Source of the DNA: a phage
Direction: 5' to 3' (one strand)
Length of the DNA: 64,000 nt
Sequence record: PZ543597.1
The notes beneath the pieces are model-generated. The model searched no databases and was not told the origin of the DNA. It saw nothing but the letters and a program-made list of their open reading frames with translations. A program made the translations under genes and the position numbers. Each line of letters begins with the position of its first letter. Position 1 is the first letter of the stretch. Below, piece after piece: positions 10,558-20,242 of the stretch.

Positions 10558-11306
10558 TATTGTTTATCCTTCTCAATCAGTTTTAATACGAATCCGCGCT
10601 CGGCAGGAATCATTTTCATTATTGAATTTAAGCTATAATTACTTTTTACGAGTGTGTGATTAATTTGATAAAAAGTAAATATCTCATCTGGGTTAACTAA
10701 TAGCTTAAACACATCTACTATATCAGTGTATTTTTTTACATACTTATTACAACACGACATATGCAATGTTAAATTAATAGGATTCATTGCATCAAGAATT
10801 TTTTCTAATGTTTCTATCTCGATGGCATCAACAAGTTCTATTTGACTTGATTCACTAATTTCCTTCCAATCATACCATATTTCATCTACTTGAACAGAAT
10901 GAATATTTTCAGTAATCATCTTTGCTTTATTTTCATAAAACTCAGAAGGAAACTTTAATTTAATTTTAACATTAGCTACATCAAAAACAGGTTCCTTTAA
11001 TTCTTTTTGATATATTTCAAATGGAACTGTCTTTTCTTTTTTACATTTTGGACATACAAATGTGACCGGTACTTTAGTTTTACCTATTGACCCTACAAAT
11101 ACCTGCAAAAATATAAATGGTTGCCAAGTCTTCGGATAGTCTCCAAAATAATCGGCAATTAAGTCAGCAATTATTTCTTTTTGTTCTTGTGGTGACCGAT
11201 GTTCTATATCGTTTCGAACTAACAAAAAATCTCGATAATCTTCTACCGTAAATGGTTTAAAACGATGAACACCATCTGGTAATTTACAACGAATAATGTT
11301 TGCCAT
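10557..11306 (-). CDS. 51: baseplate hub assembly catalyst gp51
   Basis: 249-aa ORF, length and order as T4 gp51. Confidence 0.8.
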   Translation of the reverse strand: MANIIRCKLPDGVHRFKPFTVEDYRDFLLVRNDIEHRSPQEQKEIIADLIADYFGDYPKTWQPFIFLQVFVGSIGKTKVPVTFVCPKCKKEKTVPFEIYQKELKEPVFDVANVKIKLKFPSEFYENKAKMITENIHSVQVDEIWYDWKEISESSQIELVDAIEIETLEKILDAMNPINLTLHMSCCNKYVKKYTDIVDVFKLLVNPDEIFTFYQINHTLVKSNYSLNSIMKMIPAERGFVLKLIEKDKQ

Positions 11307-11323
11307 AGATGCTCCTTTTATTC

Positions 11324-11335
11324 TATTTATAAATA
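11324..11335. promoter_or_regulatory. divergent late promoters (overlapping TATTTATA / TATAAATA) for gene 51 (-) and gene 26 (+)
   Basis: ctatttataaata in the 51/26 intergenic region; T4 late promoter consensus TATAAATA on both strands. Confidence 0.6.
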
Positions 11336-11356
11336 TGATAAATAAAGGAGCTAAAT

Positions 11357-11983
11357 ATGTATGAATACAAATTTGATGTGAGAGTTGGTTCTAAAATAAT
11401 CAACTGTCGCGCATTTACTCTTAAAGAATATCTAGAACTTATTACTGCTAAAAAGAACGGTTCAGTCGAAGAGATTGTTAAAAAGCTAATTAAAGACTGT
11501 ACAAACGCAAAAGATTTAAACCGCCAAGAATCAGAACTACTGCTGATTCATTTATGGGCACATTCTCTTGGAGAAGTTAATCACGAAAACTCCTGGAAGT
11601 GCACCTGTGGAACTGAAATACCAACTCATATAAATCTATTACATACACAAATAGATGCACCAGAAGACCTCTGGTATACACTGGGTGACATTAAAATTAA
11701 GTTCCATTACCCTAATATTTTTGATGATAAAAATATAGCCCACATGATAGTATCATGTATAGAAACAATTCATGCTAACGGTGAAAGCATTCCAGTTGAA
11801 GACTTAAATGAAAAGGAACTGGAAGATTTATATTCTATCATCACAGAGTCAGATATTGTAGCTATAAAAGATATGCTTTTAAAGCCTACTGTTTATTTGG
11901 CTGTTCCAATTAAGTGTTCAGAGTGTGGAAAAACTCACGCTCATGTAATAAGAGGACTCAAAGAATTCTTTGAGCTATTGTAA
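11357..11983 (+). CDS. 26: baseplate hub subunit gp26
   Basis: 208-aa ORF, SD aaggag, length and order as T4 gp26. Confidence 0.8.
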   Translation: MYEYKFDVRVGSKIINCRAFTLKEYLELITAKKNGSVEEIVKKLIKDCTNAKDLNRQESELLLIHLWAHSLGEVNHENSWKCTCGTEIPTHINLLHTQIDAPEDLWYTLGDIKIKFHYPNIFDDKNIAHMIVSCIETIHANGESIPVEDLNEKELEDLYSIITESDIVAIKDMLLKPTVYLAVPIKCSECGKTHAHVIRGLKEFFELL

Positions 11984-12381
11984 TGGCAAATATTAATAAG
12001 CTTTATTCTGACATTGACCCAGAAATGAAAATGGATTGGGACAAAGACGTTTCTAGATCTCTTGGATTAAGGTCAATTAAAAATAGCCTTTTGGGAATTA
12101 TTACAACCAGAAAAGGGTCAAGGCCATTTGACCCAGAATTTGGTTGCGATTTATCTGATCAACTTTTTGAGAATATGACTCCTCTTACTGCTGATACAGT
12201 TGAGCGTAACATCGAAAGCGCAGTAAGAAACTACGAACCGCGTATTGATAAATTAGCAGTTAATGTAATACCAGTTTATGATGATTATACTCTGATAGTA
12301 GAAATACGCTTTTCGGTCATCGATAACCCTGATGATATTGAGCAGATAAAACTGCAACTGGCTTCCAGTAATAGAGTATAA
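11983..12381 (+). CDS. 25: baseplate wedge protein gp25
   Basis: 132-aa ORF, length and order as T4 gp25. Confidence 0.85.
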   Translation: MANINKLYSDIDPEMKMDWDKDVSRSLGLRSIKNSLLGIITTRKGSRPFDPEFGCDLSDQLFENMTPLTADTVERNIESAVRNYEPRIDKLAVNVIPVYDDYTLIVEIRFSVIDNPDDIEQIKLQLASSNRV

Positions 12382-12407
12382 TGCTTCACGTATAAACGTG
12401 GTATAAT
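12382..12407 (+). promoter_or_regulatory. middle-mode promoter (MotA box TGCTTCA ~13 bp upstream of -10 TATAAT) for uvsY
   Basis: aTGCTTCAcgtataaacgtggTATAAT; MotA box consensus (a/t)TGCTT(t/c)A centred near -30. Confidence 0.6.
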
Positions 12408-12447
12408 GAATCTAAGTCCATCCAATAACAATTGAATAGAGAACAAT

Positions 12448-12861
12448 ATGAAATTAGAAGATCTTCAAGAAGAATTGAAGAAAGATGTGTTTATAGATTC
12501 GACTAAATTACAGTATGAAGCAGCTAATAATGTGATGTTATATAGTAAATGGCTTAATAAGCATTCAAGTATTAAAAAGGAAATGCTTAGAATTGAAGCG
12601 CAGAAAAAAGTTGCTCTTAAAGCTAAATTAGACTACTACTCGGGACGAGGAGATGGTGATGAATTTAGTATGGATCGTTATGAGAAATCAGAAATGAAGA
12701 CAGTTCTATCAGCTGATAAGGATGTTTTAAAAGTTGATACTTCATTACAATATTGGGGAATTTTATTGGATTTCTGTAGCGGAGCTCTTGATGCTATTAA
12801 ATCACGTGGATTTGCTATTAAGCATATTCAAGACATGCGAGCATTTGAGGCTGGAAAATAA
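12448..12861 (+). CDS. uvsY: recombination mediator UvsY
   Basis: 137-aa ORF, length and order as T4 UvsY. Confidence 0.85.
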   Translation: MKLEDLQEELKKDVFIDSTKLQYEAANNVMLYSKWLNKHSSIKKEMLRIEAQKKVALKAKLDYYSGRGDGDEFSMDRYEKSEMKTVLSADKDVLKVDTSLQYWGILLDFCSGALDAIKSRGFAIKHIQDMRAFEAGK

Positions 12862-13085
12862 TGAAATATAGCATTGATGATGCTTTTAATTATGAAGAAG
12901 AATTCGAAACGGAAATTCAATTCTTAATGAAAAAGTATAATCTCAAGCGTCAGGATATTCGTATCCTGGCCGACCACCCATGCGGTGAAGATGTACTTTA
13001 TATTAAAGGAAAATTTGCCGGGTATCTTGATGAGTATTTTTATTCTAAAGATATGGGCATTGATATGCATATGAGAGTTATATAA
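12861..13085 (+). CDS. hypothetical protein (uvsY.-1 position)
   Basis: 74-aa ORF, start overlaps uvsY stop. Confidence 0.6.
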   Translation: MKYSIDDAFNYEEEFETEIQFLMKKYNLKRQDIRILADHPCGEDVLYIKGKFAGYLDEYFYSKDMGIDMHMRVI

Positions 13086-13113
13086 ATAGATATATAATTT
13101 AGAGGAGACAATC

Positions 13114-13281
13114 ATGTCAGATAAGATTTGTGTTGTCTGTAAAACTCCAATCGATTCTGCATTGGTTGTTGAAACAGACAAAGGTCCTGTACATCCTGGG
13201 CCTTGTTATAATTACATTAAAGAACTACCGGTTTCAGAAAGTTCGGAAGAACAATTAAATGAAACACAACTTTTGCTATAG
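13114..13281 (+). CDS. small Cys-containing protein (uvsY.-2 position), below the ORF-track length cut-off
   Basis: ATG at 13114 preceded by agaggag; translation MSDKICVVCKTPIDSALVVETDKGPVHPGPCYNYIKELPVSESSEEQLNETQLLL*. Confidence 0.5.
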   Translation: MSDKICVVCKTPIDSALVVETDKGPVHPGPCYNYIKELPVSESSEEQLNETQLLL

Positions 13282-13336
13282 TGTGACCTTTAGTCTATAG
13301 TTTTGGCCCTTCCTTTTTGGTTGGGCCTTTTTTAAT

Positions 13337-13579
13337 TTAAAAGCTTTCTTCTACTTCATCGTCTGAATCTTCTAATTCAGCTCTTTTTCCTGCCAAAGCA
13401 TCTCTGACTGAGATGTCATCAGTATCTTTTAATTCAGTTTCTTTAACTCTTTTCTTATAATAAGCTTCAAGTTCTTCTAGACCTTCTATTGTTTGACAAG
13501 AGGCAATTTTACCCATAAATTCATCAATAGAAGCTTCATAAAGAAATTGTTTAAATTCTAGTAACATCTTTTTCTCCAA
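13337..13579 (-). CDS. UvsW.1 small acidic protein
   Basis: 80-aa ORF immediately downstream of uvsW on the same strand; acidic C-terminus. Confidence 0.7.
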   Translation of the reverse strand: MEKKMLLEFKQFLYEASIDEFMGKIASCQTIEGLEELEAYYKKRVKETELKDTDDISVRDALAGKRAELEDSDDEVEESF

Positions 13580-13592
13580 AGGGCCGAAGCCC

Positions 13593-15104
13593 TTATAAAT
13601 TAACTGTTTTCATTACGTAATTAAATTTTTCATCTGCGTAGCGCTGAATACGATCAATGCCATGTTTTAAAAGATAGTTCAAATGAACGTATTTCTTTTT
13701 CGTATTAGCAGATTTTGGCTTAACACCGCAATCATCAATGAGGTCCCAGACCGTTGCGATTGTTTTAGAACCATGCTTACGTAATACGCGACCTATTGTT
13801 TGCAATACAATAATTTTAGATTTAACACCGTGTGCTAAAACAACGTGATGCAGATTTTTAACTGAAATACCAGTAGAAAATACACCATAACTAGCTACTA
13901 TAATTATTCCTTTACCGTTTTCAGCTAATGTTTTCATTACATTACGGGTTTCGGTATCAACTTCCCCTGATACGTAATAAACTTTATCGTATTCATTTTT
14001 AATTAAATCGAAAATAGCTTTACCATGTGATACATGCTTAAACATGACAAAAGCGTTTTCATCTTTTTGTGCAAGTTTAATAGCTAATTTAGCAATCCAT
14101 TTATTTCTTTTACTGAGTCCAGTAATAATTTTTATTTCTTCTTGGTAAGTTTTTCCCTTTAATTTAGTAGTGAACTCATCGGGATAGCGAAGAAAAATAC
14201 TATTAATTTTTAGCTCAGTTACTTGTCCATCTTCCATCAATTTAGAAGTCGTTACTGGCTTAAATATTTCACCAAACATTCCAACATACTGCATGATATT
14301 AGCTTTGCCATCACGTAATGAACCTGATAGACCGAATTTGAACATGCAGTTATTTAAACCTGATATGATAGATGAAATACTTTTTCCTGTAGCAAGATGG
14401 CATTCATCATTCATCATCATTCCAAACTGCGAGAACCATTCTTTTGGTTGTTTTACTACAGTTTGCCATGTACCAACAATTACCGGTGCATCATTTTTAT
14501 ATTTATCATCTTTTGATGCTCCGCCGCCGATTTTCTTTATCATTGCATGACTGAATAAACGATAATCAACAAAGTCATCAGCCATCTGAGTTGTTAAAGC
14601 GGTTGTTGGAACAATGATAAGAATTTTACCTTCATAATTTTCCAAATAATAACGTGCAAGCAAAGCTTGAATTAAAGATTTACCTGCGGATGTTGGAAGA
14701 TTAAGAATTCTGCGACGATTAACTAATCCTTCGAACACTGCATCTTTTTGATACCAGTGCGGTTCAATTCTTTTATTTCCTGAATAGATTTCTAATTTAG
14801 AAAGCCATTCATCAAAATCTTTTCTTGATAATTCTTCTTTTTCGTTAATTTGCGGGTCAATCCAGGCTTTATAGCCAAAATTATCACAGAACTTTTTAAT
14901 TTGCCCGACTAAGCCGAATGGAAGAAGGCGATTATAATCTAAAAGACGGATTCGTCCATCCCAGTGACCATATTTGTATTTCGGATTAAAACGATACCCG
15001 TCAGCTTCAAAGCTAAAGAAATCACGGAGTTCATGAAATGTACTTTCTTCACAATCAATTCTCACGTGACTAAAATCATAAAAATGTACTTTAATGTCAG
15101 TCAT
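13593..15104 (-). CDS. uvsW: UvsW RNA-DNA/DNA helicase (SF2)
   Basis: 503-aa ORF; helicase motifs (PTSAGKS Walker A, DECH box); order as T4. Confidence 0.9.
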   Translation of the reverse strand: MTDIKVHFYDFSHVRIDCEESTFHELRDFFSFEADGYRFNPKYKYGHWDGRIRLLDYNRLLPFGLVGQIKKFCDNFGYKAWIDPQINEKEELSRKDFDEWLSKLEIYSGNKRIEPHWYQKDAVFEGLVNRRRILNLPTSAGKSLIQALLARYYLENYEGKILIIVPTTALTTQMADDFVDYRLFSHAMIKKIGGGASKDDKYKNDAPVIVGTWQTVVKQPKEWFSQFGMMMNDECHLATGKSISSIISGLNNCMFKFGLSGSLRDGKANIMQYVGMFGEIFKPVTTSKLMEDGQVTELKINSIFLRYPDEFTTKLKGKTYQEEIKIITGLSKRNKWIAKLAIKLAQKDENAFVMFKHVSHGKAIFDLIKNEYDKVYYVSGEVDTETRNVMKTLAENGKGIIIVASYGVFSTGISVKNLHHVVLAHGVKSKIIVLQTIGRVLRKHGSKTIATVWDLIDDCGVKPKSANTKKKYVHLNYLLKHGIDRIQRYADEKFNYVMKTVNL

Positions 15105-15141
15105 GTCTAAATACCATGTAATAAATATATCTATATTTATA

Positions 15142-15149
15142 CTGAGGAA
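15142..15149 (-). promoter_or_regulatory. late promoter (TATAAATA on minus strand) upstream of uvsW
   Basis: plus-strand tatttata 38 nt upstream of the uvsW start. Confidence 0.5.
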
Positions 15150-15154
15150 ATATT

Positions 15155-15835
15155 ATGATAGATAAAGATTATATTGCAGAGCTGAAGGCTCTTGATGATA
15201 ATAAAGAAGCTAAAGCTAAATTAGCTGAATATGCTGAACAGTTTGGTATAAAGGTCAAAAAGAATAAATCTTTTGATAATATCGTTATTGATATTGAAGA
15301 AGCCCTCCAGAAGCTCGCTAGTGAACCTATGCCAGAGACTGATGGGTTATCTATTAAAGACTTAATTGATGCTGCTGATGCCGCAGAAGGGTTAAAATAT
15401 GACGATGAAGAAGTCAATCCAGAAGCAGCACTTCTGATTGATTCTCCGGTTAAATCTGACATTAAAATTGAAGTAGTAGAAACGGATAAAATTCCTGAAA
15501 ATACCGATGTTTTGATTGAAGATACTCCTTTTGTTGAAGAAAAATTCGAACAGGCTGTAGCTGAGATTATTGAATCTGAAAAGCCGTCTGTATTTACTCT
15601 TCCGGAAAACTTTAGTCCGAATCTTCAGCTGATTGGAAAAAATCCAGGATTCTGCACTGTTCCTTGGTGGATTTATCAGTGGATTGCTGAAACTCCGGAT
15701 TGGAAATCTCACCCAACTAGTTTTGAACATGCGTCGGCACACCAAACTTTATTTAGCTTAATTTACTACATTAATCGTGACGGATCAGTTCTAATTCGTG
15801 AAACACGCAATTCTTCTTTCGTAACATTAAAATAA
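15155..15835 (+). CDS. inh: probable Inh (inhibitor of prohead protease gp21)
   Basis: 226-aa acidic ORF between uvsW and hoc, as in the T4 map; assignment by position and length only. Confidence 0.6.
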   Translation: MIDKDYIAELKALDDNKEAKAKLAEYAEQFGIKVKKNKSFDNIVIDIEEALQKLASEPMPETDGLSIKDLIDAADAAEGLKYDDEEVNPEAALLIDSPVKSDIKIEVVETDKIPENTDVLIEDTPFVEEKFEQAVAEIIESEKPSVFTLPENFSPNLQLIGKNPGFCTVPWWIYQWIAETPDWKSHPTSFEHASAHQTLFSLIYYINRDGSVLIRETRNSSFVTLK

Positions 15836-15844
15836 GGATAACTT

Positions 15845-17263
15845 ATGGCTTTTACAGTTGATATAACTCCTAAAACACCTACTGGAGTTATAGATCAGAC
15901 TCAGCAGTTTACTGCTACACCCAGTGGTCAAACTGGAGATGGACCTATTACATATGCTTGGACTGTAGATGATGTTCCACAGGAAGAAACATCTGCAACT
16001 TTTAGTTATGTACTAAAAGGACCTGCCGGTCAAAAAACTATTAAAGTAGTTGCAACAAACCCAGTTCCAGATACTGATGCTGAAACAGCTGAAATTAGTA
16101 CAACTATCACAGTTCAAAATAAGACACAGACAACTACCTTAGCTGTAACTCCTAATAGTCCTCCAGAAGGAGTAATCGGAACAGCTGTTGAATTTACTGC
16201 TGCCTTAGCTTCACAGCCATCGGGCGCATCTGCTACGTATCAATGGTACGTTGACGGTTCTCCTGTGAGCGAAGCAACTTCTGCTACATTCAATTATACT
16301 CCTACTACAAGCGGAGTTAAAACAATTAAGTGTGTAGCTCAAGTAACCGCGGCAGATTATGATACAAAGGAAGTTACTTCTAATGAAGTGTCACTGACTG
16401 TTAATAAAAAGACGCAGACAACTACCTTGGCAGTAACTCCTGATAGTCCTGCTGCTGGAGTAATTGGAACCCCGGTTCAATTTACTGCTGCCTTAGCTTC
16501 TCAACCTGATGGAGCGTCTGCCACGTATCAGTGGTATGTAGATGATTCACAAGTTGGTGGAGAAACTAACTCTACATTTAACTATACTCCAACTACAAGT
16601 GGAGTAAAAAGAATTAAATGCGTAGCCCAAGTAACTGCAGAAAATTATAATGAAAAGGAAGTTACTTCCAATGAAGTATCATTGACAGTTAATAAGAAGA
16701 CAATGAATCCACAGGTTGCATTGACTCCTCCTTCTATTAATGTTCAGCAAGATGCTTCGGCTACATTTACTGCTAATGTTACTGGCGCACCTGAAGCAGC
16801 ACAAATTACTTACTCATGGAAGAAAGATTCTTCTCCTGTGGAAGGGTCAACTAACGTATATACTGTTGATACCTCATCTATTGGAAGTCAAACTATTGAA
16901 GTTACTGCTGTCGTTACAGCAACTGACTATGATAGTAAAACAGTTAAAGCCACAGGTCAAGTTCAAGTGACTGATAAAGTTGCTCCGGAACCAGAAGGTG
17001 AATTACCTTATGTTCATCCTCTTCCACATCGTAGCTCAGCTTATATCTGGTGCGGTTGGTGGGTTATGGATGAAATCCAAAAAATGACTGAAGAAGGTAA
17101 AGATTGGAAAACTGAAGATCCAGATAGTAAATACTACTTGCATCGTTACACTCTTCAGAAGATGATGAAAGACTATCCAGAAGTTGATGTTCAAGAATCG
17201 CGTAATGGATACATCATTCATAAAACTGCTTTAGAAACTGGTATCATCTATACCTATCCATAA
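15845..17263 (+). CDS. hoc: Hoc outer capsid decoration protein with an extra Ig-like domain
   Basis: 472-aa ORF; N-terminus MAFTVDITPKTPTGVIDQTQQF and C-terminal capsid-binding region (PYVHPLPHRSSAYIWCGWWVMDEIQK) match T4 Hoc as recalled; contains two tandem ~96-aa Ig-like repeats. Confidence 0.85.
   Translation: MAFTVDITPKTPTGVIDQTQQFTATPSGQTGDGPITYAWTVDDVPQEETSATFSYVLKGPAGQKTIKVVATNPVPDTDAETAEISTTITVQNKTQTTTLAVTPNSPPEGVIGTAVEFTAALASQPSGASATYQWYVDGSPVSEATSATFNYTPTTSGVKTIKCVAQVTAADYDTKEVTSNEVSLTVNKKTQTTTLAVTPDSPAAGVIGTPVQFTAALASQPDGASATYQWYVDDSQVGGETNSTFNYTPTTSGVKRIKCVAQVTAENYNEKEVTSNEVSLTVNKKTMNPQVALTPPSINVQQDASATFTANVTGAPEAAQITYSWKKDSSPVEGSTNVYTVDTSSIGSQTIEVTAVVTATDYDSKTVKATGQVQVTDKVAPEPEGELPYVHPLPHRSSAYIWCGWWVMDEIQKMTEEGKDWKTEDPDSKYYLHRYTLQKMMKDYPEVDVQESRNGYIIHKTALETGIIYTYP
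16124..16699 (+). repeat. tandem duplication (2 x 288 bp) encoding two Ig-like domains within hoc
   Basis: aa repeats TQTTTLAVTP(N/D)SP...ASATYQWYVD...FNYTPTTSGVK(T/R)IKCVAQVTA...EVTSNEVSLTVNKK at 16124-16411 and 16412-16699. Confidence 0.85.
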
Positions 17264-17267
17264 TCTC

Positions 17268-17296
17268 AGGGGCTTCGGCCCCTTTCTTCATTTTAA
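17268..17296 (+). terminator. rho-independent terminator after hoc
   Basis: GGGGC-TTCG-GCCCC hairpin followed by tttcttcatttt. Confidence 0.65.
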
Positions 17297-17351
17297 AAGC
17301 ACACAAAACGCAATCAGAAAACGATGTATATAATGGCACCAACTCGATAAC

Positions 17352-17567
17352 ATGAGATTGATTATGAGAACTGAGGTTGTGGTGTTTACACTCCATGAGT
17401 CTGGAAAGTCATTCATTGAAATTGCTCGTGAATTGAACTTACAGGCAAAGGAAGTGGCTGTATTATGGGCTCGAGCTATGACTGCTAAGAATAAATTTGA
17501 GACTCGAGAAAAAGTTGTCTATAGAAAAAGACATATTAATAAAAAGGTGAAAAATGGAACAGTATGA
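17352..17567 (+). CDS. hypothetical small protein
   Basis: 71-aa ORF between hoc and rnlB. Confidence 0.45.
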   Translation: MRLIMRTEVVVFTLHESGKSFIEIARELNLQAKEVAVLWARAMTAKNKFETREKVVYRKRHINKKVKNGTV

Positions 17568-17832
17568 TCTTTATGAAAATGAATCTTTTGCTAATCAATT
17601 ACGCGAAAAAGCACTTAAAAGCAAACAGTTTAAGCTAGAGTGTTTTATTAAAGATTTTTCGGAACTTGCTAATAAAGCAGCTGAACAAGGTAAAACATAT
17701 TTTAGTTATTATTGCACTGCTCGCGATAAATTGATTACTGAAGAAATTGGTGATTGGCTGAGAAAAGAAGGATTTAGCTTTAAAGTCAATAGTGACCAGC
17801 GTGATGGTGATTGGTTAGAAATTACATTTTGA
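17554..17832 (+). CDS. hypothetical small protein
   Basis: 92-aa ORF with SD (aaggtga) upstream. Confidence 0.55.
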   Translation: MEQYDLYENESFANQLREKALKSKQFKLECFIKDFSELANKAAEQGKTYFSYYCTARDKLITEEIGDWLRKEGFSFKVNSDQRDGDWLEITF

Positions 17833-17841
17833 GGATTAATT

Positions 17842-18846
17842 ATGTTTAAAAAGTATAGCAGTCTTGAAAATCATTACAATTCTAAATTCATTGAAAAACT
17901 TTATAGTTTAGGATTGACTGGCGGCGAATGGGTAGCTCGTGAAAAGATTCATGGCACAAATTTCTCACTGATTATTGAACGCGATAAAGCAACTTGTGCT
18001 AAACGTACTGGTCCTATTCTTCCTGCTGAAGATTTCTTTGGGTATGAAATTATTCTAAAGAATTACGCTGATTCCATTAAAGCAGTACAAGATATTATGG
18101 AAACTTCAGCAGTTGTATCTTATCAAGTCTTCGGCGAATTCGCTGGACCTGGCATTCAGAAGAATGTCGATTATGGTGATAAAGATTTTTATGTATTTGA
18201 CATTATTGTTACTACCGAAAGTGGTGATGTGACTTATGTCGATGATTATATGATGGAATCATTCTGTAATACATTTAAATTTAAAATGGCTCCACTTTTA
18301 GGTCGCGGTAAATTTGAAGAGCTTATTAAATTGCCAAATGATTTAGATTCTGTCGTCCAAGATTATAATTTTACAGTAGACCATGCTGGATTAGTTGATG
18401 CAAATAAATGCGTTTGGAATGCCGAAGCAAAAGGCGAAGTATTTACTGCTGAAGGATATGTATTGAAACCTTGTTATCCTTCTTGGATGCCTAATGGCAA
18501 TCGTGTAGCTATTAAATGCAAGAACTCTAAATTTAGCGAAAAGAAAAAGTCTGATAAGCCTATTAAAGCTAAAGTTGAGCTGTCAGAAGCTGATAATAAA
18601 TTGCTGGGAATTTTAGCTTGCTACGTTACACTGAACCGAGTAAATAACGTTATTTCTAAAATTGGTGAAATTGGTCCAAAAGATTTTGGAAAGGTGATGG
18701 GACTAACTGTTCAAGATATTTTGGAAGAAACTTCTCGTGAAGGTATTACTCTAACTCAAGCGGATAATCCTTCTTTGGTTAAAAAGGAATTAGTTAAAAT
18801 GGTACAAGATGTACTTCGTCCGGCTTGGATTGAATTGGTAAGTTAA
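17842..18846 (+). CDS. rnlB: RNA ligase 2 (Rnl2)
   Basis: 334-aa ORF; [20 protein letters not shown]... with KIHGT nucleotidyltransferase lysine motif; near-identical to T4 Rnl2 as recalled. Confidence 0.95.
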   Translation: MFKKYSSLENHYNSKFIEKLYSLGLTGGEWVAREKIHGTNFSLIIERDKATCAKRTGPILPAEDFFGYEIILKNYADSIKAVQDIMETSAVVSYQVFGEFAGPGIQKNVDYGDKDFYVFDIIVTTESGDVTYVDDYMMESFCNTFKFKMAPLLGRGKFEELIKLPNDLDSVVQDYNFTVDHAGLVDANKCVWNAEAKGEVFTAEGYVLKPCYPSWMPNGNRVAIKCKNSKFSEKKKSDKPIKAKVELSEADNKLLGILACYVTLNRVNNVISKIGEIGPKDFGKVMGLTVQDILEETSREGITLTQADNPSLVKKELVKMVQDVLRPAWIELVS

Positions 18847-18850
18847 ATAA

Positions 18851-18872
18851 AAAGGGACCGAAAGGTCCCTTT
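18851..18872. terminator. bidirectional terminator hairpin between rnlB (+) and gene 24 (-)
   Basis: aaagggacc-gaaa-ggtcccttt palindrome with flanking A/T runs. Confidence 0.65.
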
Positions 18873-18875
18873 GTT

Positions 18876-20159
18876 TTATTCATCAACGATAATTTTTGGT
18901 AGCTTAACACCTAATAAAACAGACAAATCTGAACGACCCGCCATTTTATCCATGTCTCCACCATCAATTATTCTTGCTTCTTTTTCATCTTTTGCTACAG
19001 TGTAAGGATTTGCAGATAAAGCATATCTAACTAATAAACCGATAGATGGCTGCAAACTTTCTGGATCAACTACAACTTTAAATGCACCTACATGTTCAGG
19101 GTCATCTAAGTCAAGACCTTCTGTATACGGAGCATAGAAAATTGATCCAACAATTTCTTTTTCGCCGATATTTTCTACTACACCAACGATTACATAATCT
19201 AATGGGCTGTTAGTATCGCAATAAAGCGGTAAACCATTAGCTAAGAACCCGTAGGCATTTTGTGAAAGATATTTATCATCTTCTGGTTTATGTTTTAACC
19301 AACCTGATGCAGCAAGAATCGCAGCGGCACGAGCTGAAGCAACACAGAACGTTGCTGTATAAGTTGATTCTTTTTGGATATGTGAAACCATTTCACATAC
19401 CATTCGGTATAATGAACGACCAGCTTCAGGTGCAGATGCATAGCTCAAATCAATGAATCCAGTATCAGTAATTCCTGTAACTTTATAGCGTTTTGATACT
19501 GTAATCAAAGACTGTAAAATATCTTTATTGATTTCATCCGCCATTTCAGTTGCAAGCAAATCTTCCAGGAAATTAGGAGCATCGAATCCATTTGCTTCTA
19601 AATCTTGTGCTAATTCAACTGTGATACCAGTTTTAAGTTTACGAGATTTAACTGCGGTTTGCCATTTATTAATCTGGAATCTAGCATCCGCAATTTCACT
19701 ATCAGAGCTTTCAAATTTGCTTGTTGACGCTGCGTCAGAAAATAGACGAACCTTTAAAAGAACAATTGCAATCTGAAGAGCTAATTCTAAATCGCTTTCT
19801 TCAATATCAGCAAATGGTGTATCTTCTAATACTTTATAAACGATATTATTATATTTGAATAAATCGCCCTTATTGAGAGTTAATTTAGACTCTTCTGTTA
19901 ATTCTGTGATTTGTTCTCGGTCTACATATCCAGCTTCGCCAGCATAAGTAGCACCAGTTTTAAATGTAAATTCATTGTATGGGTTAAGGTATTTGATACC
20001 GTAAAAAGCAGCAACAGGTTGATTAGTTCTTTGCGTTGCTACAATGTCAGAATATATTAATTTAGTGGTAGCGCGAGTCAAAGCAACGAGATTTGGGCGA
20101 CCGATTGAGTTGCTATTCGTTGTGGTTGATTCGCGCAAAAGTTCGTTGATTTTAGCCAT
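18876..20159 (-). CDS. 24: head vertex protein gp24
   Basis: 427-aa ORF, gp23-like fold, length and order as T4 gp24. Confidence 0.9.
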   Translation of the reverse strand: MAKINELLRESTTTNSNSIGRPNLVALTRATTKLIYSDIVATQRTNQPVAAFYGIKYLNPYNEFTFKTGATYAGEAGYVDREQITELTEESKLTLNKGDLFKYNNIVYKVLEDTPFADIEESDLELALQIAIVLLKVRLFSDAASTSKFESSDSEIADARFQINKWQTAVKSRKLKTGITVELAQDLEANGFDAPNFLEDLLATEMADEINKDILQSLITVSKRYKVTGITDTGFIDLSYASAPEAGRSLYRMVCEMVSHIQKESTYTATFCVASARAAAILAASGWLKHKPEDDKYLSQNAYGFLANGLPLYCDTNSPLDYVIVGVVENIGEKEIVGSIFYAPYTEGLDLDDPEHVGAFKVVVDPESLQPSIGLLVRYALSANPYTVAKDEKEARIIDGGDMDKMAGRSDLSVLLGVKLPKIIVDE

Positions 20160-20186
20160 TGCGCTTTCCTTTTGGTTTATATGATT

Positions 20187-20194
20187 TATTTATA
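20187..20194 (-). promoter_or_regulatory. late promoter (TATAAATA on minus strand) for gene 24
   Basis: plus-strand tatttata in the 23/24 intergenic region. Confidence 0.55.
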
Positions 20195-20210
20195 CCATAA
20201 AAACAACTAA

Positions 20211-20229
20211 AGGGACCCGAAGGTCCCTT
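20211..20229 (-). terminator. terminator/attenuator hairpin downstream of gene 23
   Basis: GGGACC-CGAA-GGTCCC stem-loop. Confidence 0.55.
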
Positions 20230-20242
20230 AAATCGTCAAAGA

